Source: an uncultured Clostridia bacterium (GTDB taxonomy: Bacteria; Bacillota; Clostridia; Christensenellales; CAG-314). From it: a stretch of DNA of 64,000 nucleotides. The translations under genes were made by a program, and so were the position numbers. This document shows, piece by piece, positions 40,216 through 50,352 of this stretch. The stretch is from positions 64,205 to 128,204 of the forward strand of contig CAMRUG010000003.1 of assembly GCA_947053925.1 (NCBI GenBank), written 5' to 3'. Positions within the stretch are counted from its first letter, which is position 1; each line of letters starts with the position of its first letter. The notes below the pieces were generated by a model. That model did no database searches. It saw nothing but the letters and a program-made list of their open reading frames with translations, and was not told where the DNA came from.

Positions 40216-40902
40216 TTAGTCGGTTTGCATAACAGGCAAATACTCGCACCTGTCTTCGTCATAAACGATTATTGCTTCGTCTTTGATTTTTGTTTTGAAA
40301 CTGCTGTCAATACACAAAATACTTATGCCGTTTATCTGACAATGCTTAAACAGCAACGACAATTGCTCGCTGTTTAAATAGCTTCTTAGACTTATACAAA
40401 CGATAACTTTTATTGACGTAAGGCGTGAAAGCAACGAAACGTAATCGCACAACTTTTCAAACAAATTATCGTATTCCTCTAAAAATGCTACGCTTATTGC
40501 TTTTAATAATATTGTAATATCAGCATCGCGTACTGTTAACGGATAATCGATATCTAATGTCAAATCGTTAAAATACATTGTTAACGACGTCAATAGTTCG
40601 TTAGTTGCAACGATATGATTTTCGTCAAATGCTAATTTTTTTAAGTTATCCTGTAATATTGCGGTCGCTTTTTTATCGTTTAAGTTCATATTGTGATAAT
40701 CAGCCAAATATACCGCATATTTGGCAAAATCAATATCCTGGCCTCCGCTTATAAGTCTCCACTTGCCCTGCTGCCCTTTGACTTGCATACACATATCGCC
40801 TGTAAAAGAAGCAAACATTGCCGAATGTTCGCAAATCAATGACCATGCGTTGCTAATATCAAAGTCTATTTCGTTTTCTAAATCGTAGTTTATTAACTTC
40901 AT
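40216..40902 (-). CDS. csn2: Csn2 (type II-A adaptation protein)
   Basis: 228-aa ORF immediately after cas2 and before the leader. Its size and position match short Csn2, and its layout resembles S. pyogenes Csn2 by eye. Confidence 0.8.
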   Translation of the reverse strand: MKLINYDLENEIDFDISNAWSLICEHSAMFASFTGDMCMQVKGQQGKWRLISGGQDIDFAKYAVYLADYHNMNLNDKKATAILQDNLKKLAFDENHIVATNELLTSLTMYFNDLTLDIDYPLTVRDADITILLKAISVAFLEEYDNLFEKLCDYVSLLSRLTSIKVIVCISLRSYLNSEQLSLLFKHCQINGISILCIDSSFKTKIKDEAIIVYDEDRCEYLPVMQTD

Positions 40903-41219
40903 ACCAATATGTATTTGTCTACAGAATCTATTACCTGACTTTTATTTTCACCAACCAAATATACGATATCTGCAAATTGTTTTTCGGTAATTACCATAAT
41001 CTGCACCGTTCCCTTTGCAGGTACTTGGTTTGCCAAATGCCGTTTAACTAGTTCTACCGTAGAACCGTTAAGCGCCAATTTAAAATAAACTGACTTTTGC
41101 ATCATTATAAAACCTTCTTTTATCAAAAAGGTTCTAAATTGCCTATATGCGGTTCTATCAGCCGCCGTTTCCGTAGGCAAATCGAAAAATACAATTATTC
41201 TCATAAATCTAAAACTCAT
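40899..41219 (-). CDS. cas2: Cas2
   Basis: MSFRFMRIIVFFDLPTETAADRTAYRQFRTFLIKEGFIMMQKSVYFKL closely parallels S. pyogenes Cas2 (MSYRYMRMILMFDMPT...). I chose the start at 41219 rather than the track start 41240. Confidence 0.9.
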   Translation of the reverse strand: MSFRFMRIIVFFDLPTETAADRTAYRQFRTFLIKEGFIMMQKSVYFKLALNGSTVELVKRHLANQVPAKGTVQIMVITEKQFADIVYLVGENKSQVIDSVDKYILV

Positions 41220-42084
41220 AACCGCAAAATTGCAACGCATTTACATCGCCGTTTTCTATTGCATAAATAACACGTTTAACATACAACCCTATGGCATTGT
41301 TTAAAGAATACTTCTTATTATCAAATAGTACTTCCTTGTTTATCAACTGCTGTAAAATATGCTTGTGCTCTTTATTAAAACTTTTAACATCCATTTGCAA
41401 AACCGTTCTGTCTACAAACGGACGAAAAGGCTCCATAAGGTCGCAACTCAAATTGAAGTGATTGTATTCGTTGTTGTGATTTATTCCGAAATTTGCAGAA
41501 TAGCCGTTAACTGCAACTTCGCGGTTAAATGCCGATAACAGTATACTGTAACCGTAATCTAACGCGGCATTGGTATCTGTTGCTATTTGCCTTGTAAAAT
41601 CGTTACCGAAAACAGCATTAAAGTAAACTTTCGCCGCGTGTCCTTCTCTGTTGGTAATGTCGCCTTGACGGACATCCGCCATATAATTAAACAACATATC
41701 TGCTTGAGTTTGATGACCGTACTTTTTAAGTACTAACATTTGCTGATAAATTTTATGCCGAACAATTTCCGTCCATATAATTTGTTTATTATATTCTGCC
41801 CAAGCAATCTGCTTTCGCAAACAGCCGCTGGTATCGTAACGTAACGAAGTGGGAACAAGTTCAAAAAACGGATTGTGCTTTTCATCGCAAAATATAACTT
41901 TAATTTTACGACGCGTAAGTTCACACAATAAACTGGCCGTAACCGCTACGGCAACACTTTCTACTATCAACACAGATATTTCCGAAAGATGAATTTTGAC
42001 AGTTTCTTCTCCGCGGCAAACCAAATAATCCAAACGGTGTTCAAGCTTGCATCTGTTTGTTACCGTTACCACGCGCCAACTCAA
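41209..42084 (-). CDS. cas1: Cas1 (type II)
   Basis: 291 aa with the type II Cas1 layout. It overlaps the cas9 stop by 4 nt, and cas2 follows. Confidence 0.93.
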   Translation of the reverse strand: MSWRVVTVTNRCKLEHRLDYLVCRGEETVKIHLSEISVLIVESVAVAVTASLLCELTRRKIKVIFCDEKHNPFFELVPTSLRYDTSGCLRKQIAWAEYNKQIIWTEIVRHKIYQQMLVLKKYGHQTQADMLFNYMADVRQGDITNREGHAAKVYFNAVFGNDFTRQIATDTNAALDYGYSILLSAFNREVAVNGYSANFGINHNNEYNHFNLSCDLMEPFRPFVDRTVLQMDVKSFNKEHKHILQQLINKEVLFDNKKYSLNNAIGLYVKRVIYAIENGDVNALQFCGYEF

Positions 42085-45000
42085 CTGTTATTCTCCTTGT
42101 CAAATTGACTCAGCGGTATTTTTTGTTCAAATATGCCTGTTACGGACCTGTGAACGATACTGATATCGTCCAATGATTCAAATACTGAAGAAGTCAATAT
42201 ATTTCCGCAAGACTTTCCTTCTTCTACCAACGATAAATTACTAGTTGTAGCATTGCACTGCAACGCTTTAGCTATCTCTGCTAGCACAACACACTGTTTT
42301 GCACGACATAAATTGGCAAATTTTTGTCTCAAATTTTCAGTCGACAATTTATGTACAAACGATTGAAGACTTGCCGCACCGCTATATTTGGAAGATGACA
42401 GTTTTTCCATAAATACGTCATATAAGATTTTATTCTGTTCCAACGTAATATCGTCATAATCAGTAACGTTATATGTTTGTTTTTGTACGCTTGCTTTATT
42501 GTATTTTTCTACAACGTTTACCACTTTTTTCAGATACCGTTCGGTTTCTTCATCACAGGCATTTTGCTGCGCAATGCGCCAAATAATTCTGTTACCCGTC
42601 ATTGCAGAAAGAGACAATAATGTATTTCCGAACTCAAACATTGTTTGAACCTTTATTCTAGGTATAAGAATTCTAGCATTTTGTAGCCCGCATTTTTCGC
42701 AATAATCAATTCGGCTTTTGTTATCCAATAATTTGTTCGAATCTTTTGCAGTTACGCCCAACAATTTATAGTAACATTTTTCATTTTGTTCCTTTTTAGT
42801 CTGCTTAACTTGGGTATACTTGACCAGCATATAGTACGCACGTGTTTCGCTGATATAACCGCCGTACTTTGCTGTATCGGACATACATTTGTATTTGCGG
42901 TTTGTGCTGTTCTCTCCCTTTAAAGGAACTAAATTAGCATTGTCGGCGTTTTTCTTTTGCAGTGTGGCTTCGAATAACTGTCCTTTTACCACTTTGCTTT
43001 CGCGAGTGAACAGCACTGCATTACTGCGCATTGTTTTTTCGACTTGCGCCATTGTTCCGTCTTCTCCGGCAATCCATGCTACTACAGATTTATTTTTGAC
43101 ATCGTGTTCAAACAGTTTTGCCGGCGAAACGAGTTTCTCTGTAGGATGGTTTTTCATCCAAAATCTTGCGTTATGCTCATAGCGGACATTATAAACGTTA
43201 CCAACCACTATGTTCAAATAAGCGTCCTTTGCGTGATGCAAGTCGTTAAGCTCACGGCACTTTACAAAACGGGATACGCGCTGTTCTCCCATTTGTTTCG
43301 GCATAGCACGGAAGTCGCTGATATTACCTGCTTTTGACCACACAATTTCGCTCTCGGGAAATACACCTTTAAGTAATTCTATTACTTCCTTAGTTGTTTG
43401 ACGCGTTTCGACAAGTTGCCTGTTAATAAAATCGGCAAGTTCATCATCGGTTAACGGTGTGTTACGGGTTAAACGTCTGTATTTCTCCTCACTCATCAAA
43501 CCTTGCTTCTTCAAGACTAGCCATTTGCTCTCCATTTTTTTGCGTACGCTTTCTTCAATGGGATATGTATCCGTTTTAACTGCATTGTGTGTGCGGTATG
43601 TTAACACAAGATTACTATGAATACTGTCGTCTTTTACTTTACTGCGGGGATATATGTGGTCTTTGTCATACAAATGCAAATTATTGTAATCAATAACATC
43701 TCCCGTATAAATATCAATGCCATTTTGCATAAAGTATAAAAACAACTTGGTATTTTGAAGACTTTCCGGCTTGAGTTCACAAAATTGTTTATAAACATTT
43801 TCGTTGAACATATCATCGCGTTGCTCTTTTAGTTTGTCCAGAGCAGCAGACAACATTTGGTAACGCGACGCATTACGTTTGCGTTCTTCTGACTTATCTT
43901 TTTTGCTATTTGTATCGCGTGCAACTTCTACAAATATTTTAGACGGCGCGCGTCCTAGTATATCGGTCAATTCCTTTACTATACATAGAGTCTGCCATAT
44001 TTGCTTTTTAACGGCAGGAGAACAGTATAATGAGTCGACAACATCATACGAAATCCCGCTAGATATATTATCACGAAGTTGATTGAATCCGTCTTTAAAA
44101 CCGTATACTTCGTTATTCCATATTTCCATAAAGTTATACTGACTGTTCCGCATAGCATCTATTATCGACAAAGTATGCAATTCTCCCGTATCGGGATCTG
44201 TTCCGATACGTTTTGTAAGCATTTCTTTAGAATAACGTCCCCAACCTTTAAGAGACAAGCCCTTGATTATACTGATTTGCTGCTCGGTTAAATAGTCAAA
44301 TTCCTTTTTTAAACGCTTTACTAGATTGTTTTTTTTCGGACCAGCTATGGTAGCATATAGAATTATTTTTTCAATATCTTCTCTGTGTTCTTCAACTCCC
44401 CTTACAGAGCCGTCAAATATTTTGACAAACTGATAGTAGGTACGTCGATGAACAGTTGCACCATCGTCAAAACCATCTATTTCAATTTTGTCATTATCTT
44501 CATATACGTTCTGTAATTTTAACCACTGTTTTAAAATTTTTGCAGTAAGTTTGCTTTCTCCATTTGTAGCATAATACTCCGACAATTTCAATTTTAAATC
44601 GACGCTTAAACGCGTGCCGTTTATTCTGATACAGTTAACAACATTGAGAAAAGCAAATTCCTCGTATAAAAGACTACATTTAGGCAAAACCTTTGCGCCG
44701 TCTACATACGGACATTTATTTGTCATACGCTGAACGAAATTATTCTCTGTGGCAAATAAATCAATTTTTTGTTCGTAATTCCAAGGAAGAATTTTGCCGC
44801 TTTCAGAACGTACTATCCAGTATTTGCCGCTATGATTATTTGTAGGACCAACATAATACGGCATTTTAAACGTCAAAAGCGATTTAATTTTGTCGTACGT
44901 TCTAATACCGCTTTTATCAGTTTCATTGATAAAAGCATAACGCGGATATTGGATAATGTTTTTTAAAATCGTTTCCAACTCTGCCAAATTAAGTTGATAC

Positions 45001-46286
45001 GGCAAAGTGGAATTACGTTTACTAACCTGCTTTGGCATAAACGTACCGTCAGCCATATCCGACAAAATACGTTGCACAGTTTCGTCGTTTTGTGCTTGCT
45101 CATACGAAGTTAATATTGATTTGACGTATTTTACGAAATCTTCATAGCTACGACTTTTAGCTGTTTCCAACAACTGCTTATTGCCGTCAACCTTCTTGCC
45201 GAAATTAACTTTACCGCTATAAGCAGTATAGTTAGTTTCTTTGTCGTTCTTTTTAAACATTAAGTCGTAAGTTTCTTGAGGAAAATACTTTTTTAGCACT
45301 CTTTTTAAATCCGCAAGATCTTTACTATGTTTTTTGTACCTTTCTACCATTCCTTCCGACAAAAAACTATAATTGCCCAAAATTGTTTTTAATTGTGCAT
45401 AATCATAAAGTAATTTAGCGTTTTCGATAAGTATATAGTCATCTTGCAACAACTCTCGATATTCCGATTCTTTTGCTTCCCATTCGCAATCGAAAGTAAC
45501 CGACAGCGAAGTTTCAGTGTCGGGAAACAATGCTTTGATCTTAACGGAATTACCCGCTATCAGTTTTAACACTGCTTCTAATCGGCTGTTTTTAGGTGCA
45601 TCAAAACAATCCTTATAACGCTGTGCGCGTTCGGATTTAGTACCTTTTTCGACTAAACAATTTTGGAATTTTTTAATTATTTCCTTGGTCAAATTTAATT
45701 GCTCAACTTTTTCACTACTTGACAAATAACAGGCAATTGAATTCAAAGGCGCCTCAATATTATCAATAACGCTTACGCTATCGCCTTCTTGCAAAAAGTG
45801 CCCGCGGTATTTGATAATATGATGCAACGCCAGATATACCAATCTCGGATCAGGATCGGTCTCGGTCATCATTGCCAACCGTAAATGGTAAATCGTTTTG
45901 TATTTTTTGTAAAATTCTTTATCGGTATAGTCTTTATCGTTAAACAACGAAAACTTAGTCTTTTCACGTTTGTCGCCGTCATATAAATTGCTGTCTGAAA
46001 GACGTGCGAAAAAATTGCCGTCAATTTGATTGATAACGGGCGCAAAAATTTCTTGCAGCAATTCTATACGCCATTTGCGTCGTTCTAATCTTCTGCGAGA
46101 TTCTCGGCTCAAACGTCTGTTACTTGCAGATTGAGCCGAATCAAACAAACGTACGCCCCACAAATTTTTATTATTTGCGCGTAAAAGTTTATAATTAGTA
46201 TCGGTAACCGCCCAGCCGACTGAATCGGTGCCTATATCCAAGCCCAAATAATAATTTTCGTAATTTCTTTTGTTTTTTTGACTCAT
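42081..46286 (-). CDS. cas9: Cas9 (type II-A, 1401 aa)
   Basis: RuvC-I YYLGLDIGTDSVGWAV; an arginine-rich bridge helix (NRRLSRESRRRLERRKWR); HNH YDKDHIYPRSKVKDDSIHSNLVLTYRTHNAVK. The operon continues with cas1-cas2-csn2. Confidence 0.97.
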   Translation of the reverse strand: MSQKNKRNYENYYLGLDIGTDSVGWAVTDTNYKLLRANNKNLWGVRLFDSAQSASNRRLSRESRRRLERRKWRIELLQEIFAPVINQIDGNFFARLSDSNLYDGDKREKTKFSLFNDKDYTDKEFYKKYKTIYHLRLAMMTETDPDPRLVYLALHHIIKYRGHFLQEGDSVSVIDNIEAPLNSIACYLSSSEKVEQLNLTKEIIKKFQNCLVEKGTKSERAQRYKDCFDAPKNSRLEAVLKLIAGNSVKIKALFPDTETSLSVTFDCEWEAKESEYRELLQDDYILIENAKLLYDYAQLKTILGNYSFLSEGMVERYKKHSKDLADLKRVLKKYFPQETYDLMFKKNDKETNYTAYSGKVNFGKKVDGNKQLLETAKSRSYEDFVKYVKSILTSYEQAQNDETVQRILSDMADGTFMPKQVSKRNSTLPYQLNLAELETILKNIIQYPRYAFINETDKSGIRTYDKIKSLLTFKMPYYVGPTNNHSGKYWIVRSESGKILPWNYEQKIDLFATENNFVQRMTNKCPYVDGAKVLPKCSLLYEEFAFLNVVNCIRINGTRLSVDLKLKLSEYYATNGESKLTAKILKQWLKLQNVYEDNDKIEIDGFDDGATVHRRTYYQFVKIFDGSVRGVEEHREDIEKIILYATIAGPKKNNLVKRLKKEFDYLTEQQISIIKGLSLKGWGRYSKEMLTKRIGTDPDTGELHTLSIIDAMRNSQYNFMEIWNNEVYGFKDGFNQLRDNISSGISYDVVDSLYCSPAVKKQIWQTLCIVKELTDILGRAPSKIFVEVARDTNSKKDKSEERKRNASRYQMLSAALDKLKEQRDDMFNENVYKQFCELKPESLQNTKLFLYFMQNGIDIYTGDVIDYNNLHLYDKDHIYPRSKVKDDSIHSNLVLTYRTHNAVKTDTYPIEESVRKKMESKWLVLKKQGLMSEEKYRRLTRNTPLTDDELADFINRQLVETRQTTKEVIELLKGVFPESEIVWSKAGNISDFRAMPKQMGEQRVSRFVKCRELNDLHHAKDAYLNIVVGNVYNVRYEHNARFWMKNHPTEKLVSPAKLFEHDVKNKSVVAWIAGEDGTMAQVEKTMRSNAVLFTRESKVVKGQLFEATLQKKNADNANLVPLKGENSTNRKYKCMSDTAKYGGYISETRAYYMLVKYTQVKQTKKEQNEKCYYKLLGVTAKDSNKLLDNKSRIDYCEKCGLQNARILIPRIKVQTMFEFGNTLLSLSAMTGNRIIWRIAQQNACDEETERYLKKVVNVVEKYNKASVQKQTYNVTDYDDITLEQNKILYDVFMEKLSSSKYSGAASLQSFVHKLSTENLRQKFANLCRAKQCVVLAEIAKALQCNATTSNLSLVEEGKSCGNILTSSVFESLDDISIVHRSVTGIFEQKIPLSQFDKENNS

Positions 46287-46326
46287 AACTATTGACTCCT
46301 TTGTATAAAACTGCTATCATATATAC

Positions 46327-46425
46327 ATCTATATGAATTACACCAGTTCAAATAAAGATTTATTCTAACCGTCGCTTTTTGCGACACACTGTTATCAGTG
46401 ATACCTGCTTCGGCAGGTTTTTTTT
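46327..46425 (+). ncRNA. predicted tracrRNA (divergent from cas9)
   Basis: Promoter TTGACT (46292-46297), 17-nt spacer, TATCAT (46315-46320). The anti-repeat CTATATGAATTACACCAGTTCAAA (46329-46352) pairs with the 5' 27 nt of the transcribed repeat as 7 + 10 + 5 bp with two bulges. Then come hairpins GTCGC-TTTTT-GCGAC and CCTGC-TTCG-GCAGG followed by U8. Confidence 0.75.
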
Positions 46426-47117
46426 GTGAGATTGATTGCCCAAGTTTGTACTGTAACAATCCTCTCTATTTAATAATAAAATACAAATAATAGTTTTTAA
46501 CGCAACAATCCAAATAAAAACCATATTATTTATTGTTAATTTAATAGATTAAATCAAACAGTGATTATTTTAAATAACGTTATTCTTTTACAACAACTAC
46601 TTATAATGATATCCCTAATATAATACTATGTCAATACAGAACTGAAAAATCAAATATGAATTTATTTAAAAACAATAAAAAATGTCAATTATAGCAAAAT
46701 GAATTCACCTTGATTTTTATTTAATTTTATCATACATATATTTTTAACCTTAGCGGTATTCTTAAAATACTCCTTTGTCTTATTTACCGCTTTTATTGAC
46801 TCTACGTCCATATATAATTATTTTTTGATTGACGTACAAATAAAAAAGTTAAACTTTTTATTGAGAAACATTTTTTGCAGTAAAATAACAATATTAGTCG
46901 ATTTGGTATAAATTAAAAATGTTTTTTACAAACCTAACGGCATTTTGATAAACAGAAAATATTACAAACTTATGTTTAAACACAACTACTAATATTTCTA
47001 AATTTGTTTAGTATTTTTATGCAAAATACACTTTAAAACTTCAATGTTCTTTACGGTGAACATTTTTATCTTATTGCAATACTGAACTGACTGTACAATT
47101 ACAATACAACCAACATT

Positions 47118-48506
47118 CTAAATTGCAATACTGCCTATTTTATTTGCTTTTATATTCTCGTTCCACATATTCTCATTAGCAAATTGAACACAATATAAAT
47201 AGTCTCCGTTGTATTCTTCTCCGTAAATACGCAAAAACACATCGTATTGTCCGCTTTGTAAATTTAATTTTGCAGAACAGTTAAAATTATTTGCACCGTC
47301 AAAATTTTTAACGTTTTCCGTCAGCACTGTCGTGCCGTCTTTATCGGCAAATATAAGTTGAGCATATTTTGCACGGTTAAGATTACCGAATCCGACATTT
47401 TTAATATCGAGCTCAATCTGCAGATTATCGGATTTAGTTGAATACTTAAAAACCGAATTTGTTAAAACGAATCTGTATCCCAAACGGTTTTCTATATATG
47501 TAAAGGCAGGCAAACCGTAATAAATCTTGTCCATTCCGCAATTTGCCGTATATAAACTGTTCTTCCATTTTGTTATTACTTCGTTATTCCACTCTATATT
47601 GAGATAACTCAAATGTAATGTATTCATTTCGGGCAAACAATTTTCGATATTATGCAGACTGCTTGAAGGTATTACTACTTCGCCACCGTAAGGCAAATGA
47701 CCGGTTTGTCTGCTTAAAAACTTTACTTCTCTCTGTCTGTCGGTATATGTTCCCAAGTCATTGTCAGAACCCAAATAACCGTCATTATACAGTCCCAGTC
47801 TGTATTCTTTTTTAGACGAATCTATCGAGTAATTATCAATATCGTTTAGAGATATGCCTAAATAATCGTAAATCATTTTGGGCGTCCGCACAAGAATGGG
47901 AATACTTTGAGTATTAGAAAGCAATGCCTCTATAATCGGCGTTATATTTGCAGCATTTGCAATAGCGCTAGAATGCATTTCTCCCCACGGACCTATTAAC
48001 CCTGCCTCGATAGCCGTTATTGTATTCGGGTAAGAATTAAGTACTACGCATACCTGTTCAATATGTTTTAAAATTACTTGTAAACTTGGCTCTTTGTCTT
48101 TACTTCCGCCGTAATACGGATCGTAAGCAAACCTGACAACAGCGTTTTTGCTGTTGGATTTTAGCAAAGCCAACAAGTCGCCAAGTCCGTCTAAGGCGGC
48201 TTGCGTCAACTGTTTATCTTTCTCTCCGTTTACTGCTTGCGAAAACTCGCTTATATCTATACGCAAATGATATAATTGCGTAGACGGTGAAATTATATTT
48301 TTATTGTAAGCCACACCGTCTTCTGAAACTTTTACAGATATGGGGCGGTAAAAACCTTGGTCGGGGTTATTTATTTTAGCAATACTTTCAACATAATTTA
48401 GCGGTTGTATATGCTTTTGAAGTGAATTGCACGAGTATAAACCCATACATACAAACAACATAGATAAAACTGCAAAACATAATGTTGTAAATCTTTTTAT
48501 TTTCAT
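47118..48506 (-). CDS. putative lipoprotein, glycoside-hydrolase-like (DUF4874/DUF4832-like)
   Basis: Signal peptide with lipobox (MKIKRFTTLCFAVLSMLFVCMGLYSC). NNPDQGFYRP and later DGYLGSDNDLGTY segments resemble DUF4874/DUF4832 proteins as I recall them. Start set at ATG 48506. Confidence 0.4.
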   Translation of the reverse strand: MKIKRFTTLCFAVLSMLFVCMGLYSCNSLQKHIQPLNYVESIAKINNPDQGFYRPISVKVSEDGVAYNKNIISPSTQLYHLRIDISEFSQAVNGEKDKQLTQAALDGLGDLLALLKSNSKNAVVRFAYDPYYGGSKDKEPSLQVILKHIEQVCVVLNSYPNTITAIEAGLIGPWGEMHSSAIANAANITPIIEALLSNTQSIPILVRTPKMIYDYLGISLNDIDNYSIDSSKKEYRLGLYNDGYLGSDNDLGTYTDRQREVKFLSRQTGHLPYGGEVVIPSSSLHNIENCLPEMNTLHLSYLNIEWNNEVITKWKNSLYTANCGMDKIYYGLPAFTYIENRLGYRFVLTNSVFKYSTKSDNLQIELDIKNVGFGNLNRAKYAQLIFADKDGTTVLTENVKNFDGANNFNCSAKLNLQSGQYDVFLRIYGEEYNGDYLYCVQFANENMWNENIKANKIGSIAI

Positions 48507-48833
48507 AATTTTAATACCCGCTACTTTTTTAGGAATAACCTGTCCCCAAAAACCCATTTGATTTTTACAATTACCTTACCCGCATTGTTAAGTTTAGCAT
48601 AATGATTTGTAAACTTTTTTGCGGATTTGAAACATTGACTTTACAAATAAATTTATCATAATTACATTTATATTTCAAGCGTATTAAACATTTGGTGCAA
48701 AATTTAGACTATAATAATTAAATAAAATATGTTTATTATTTTAGACACTATATTTAACTAAATAAATATTCTATATTTTAAGTGTAAGACGTTTACAAAC
48801 AATGTAAACTGTGTTAAAATATGTACACATTTG

Positions 48834-48909
48834 GACGATTAACTCAGCTGGGAGAGTGTCTCCTTGACGTGGAGGAAGTCACAGGTTCGAGTCCTGTATC
48901 GTCCACCAC
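48834..48909 (+). tRNA. tRNA-Val (GAC)
   Basis: It folds by hand into a 76-nt cloverleaf: GGACGAT/ATCGTCC acceptor, ACTC/GAGT D-stem, anticodon loop TTGACGT, T-arm ACAGG-TTCGAGT-CCTGT and an encoded CCA. Confidence 0.9.
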
Positions 48910-50328
48910 TCGTTCGTAAAGCGAACCCGTAGAAAAGTCTGTTACATTGTAACGGACTTTTCCTTTTTTATTGCCGTAATAAATTACTTTATTGACAAAA
49001 GTATCTATAAGTGCCTGTTTGTTTTCGGTTTTGGAATAGTCAAGGTGTTTGAAACGCTTTACGTAATAGCGCAAATCTTCCAACTTAAAATCAAGAATTT
49101 CAGACTCTTCAACTTCAAGTTGCAGTTCGACTTCTTTACGCTCTTTTTCGAGTTGGTCTAATTTTTCAAGAATCGTATTTTTCGCCTTGCCGTCCATAAG
49201 CAGTTGTAAAAGATTATCCGTTGCTTTTTTATTGGCGGTAAGCAATTTTTCTAATCTCGGTACGTTTCCGTTTTTTAGTTCGTTCTGTAAAATTTCGTAT
49301 AGTGCTTGCGAAATCTTATCGATTAGTTTATCGTCAAGCAATTTAAGCGTTTCCTGAATAACTGCATTTTCAATCAAGTCTTTTGAAACTGTTTCTTGCT
49401 TGCAACCGTCTTTTTTGCCGAAACAACGATAATAAGCATATTTCTTGCCTGTATGACTTGTTCCGCTTGCGCCCGTCATAGAACTCTCGCATAGACCGCA
49501 AAAGAGTTTTGTAGTCAACAAAAACGGCTCTCTCGCCTTCTTGGATGAGGGGGCTTTATTGTTTCGTTCTAAACGGCTTTGTACGGCTTCGTAAAGCTCA
49601 TCGGATATAATTTGCGGAATGCCGCCTTTAATTTCTTTATCGTGAAAAATATAATAACCGAGATAGCGGCGATTATGTAGAATACGTTTTACCGTACCGT
49701 GACCGATTGTTTTGCCTTTGTTAAAAATCTTATTGTCAAGCAAAAACTCCTCTATTTCAACAATAGTTTTCCCGTCTGCGTACATTTCAAAAATTTTACG
49801 AACGAATACGGCTTCGCTTTCGTTGATTTGATAGTGTTTGTCTTCGTCTATATAATAACCGAGCGGAATAGCGCCGCCGAAGAATTGACATTTGCTTGCC
49901 GATACTTCGATACCGCGTTTTATCTTCTGCGAGAGTTCGACGGAATAATATTCCGCCATACTTTCGAGTACGCCTTCTACAAGAATACCGCTTGCGTCTT
50001 CGGTTATGTTTTCTTTGGCAGATAAAACGCGCACGCCGTTCTTTTTCAATTTTGCTTTATAAGTTGCGCTATCGTAGCGGTTGCGTGCAAAACGGTCCAA
50101 CTGATAAACAAGAACATACTTGAAAGTCTTTTTCTTGCTATCTTCAATCATACGCAAAAATTCGGGACGCTTATCCGTAGTTCCCGTCAATGCTCTGTCT
50201 ATGTATTCCGCTATTACATTGTAGTCGTTACGCTTGGCAAATTCGTAACACTCTTTTAACTGACCTTCAATTGATTGCTCCGTTTGCGAATGGGAACTGA
50301 ACCGTGCATATATTACGACGTTTACCAT
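48844..50328 (-). CDS. large serine recombinase
   Basis: MVNVVIYARFSSHSQTEQSIEGQ (catalytic Ser motif), DRFARN, a recombinase domain, the zinc ribbon CGLCESSMTG...YYRCFGKKDGC and a coiled-coil. Start at ATG 50328 with a GGAGG-type RBS. The last 22 codons (stop included) overlap tRNA-Val. Confidence 0.9.
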   Translation of the reverse strand: MVNVVIYARFSSHSQTEQSIEGQLKECYEFAKRNDYNVIAEYIDRALTGTTDKRPEFLRMIEDSKKKTFKYVLVYQLDRFARNRYDSATYKAKLKKNGVRVLSAKENITEDASGILVEGVLESMAEYYSVELSQKIKRGIEVSASKCQFFGGAIPLGYYIDEDKHYQINESEAVFVRKIFEMYADGKTIVEIEEFLLDNKIFNKGKTIGHGTVKRILHNRRYLGYYIFHDKEIKGGIPQIISDELYEAVQSRLERNNKAPSSKKAREPFLLTTKLFCGLCESSMTGASGTSHTGKKYAYYRCFGKKDGCKQETVSKDLIENAVIQETLKLLDDKLIDKISQALYEILQNELKNGNVPRLEKLLTANKKATDNLLQLLMDGKAKNTILEKLDQLEKERKEVELQLEVEESEILDFKLEDLRYYVKRFKHLDYSKTENKQALIDTFVNKVIYYGNKKGKVRYNVTDFSTGSLYERVVDDTGLEPVTSSTSRRHSPS

Positions 50329-50352
50329 AAAAATTACTCCTTCCAAAAAGCA

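Noticed and set aside
42889-44966. Several 60-100-aa plus-strand ORFs inside cas9
   Set aside because: They are antisense noise within a 4.2-kb gene with clear Cas9 motifs. None has an RBS or a recognisable domain.
42081-46286. Alternative subtype assignment (II-C) for the Cas9 locus
   Set aside because: A csn2-sized gene with Csn2-like sequence follows cas2, and the Cas9 is 1401 aa long. Both point to II-A.
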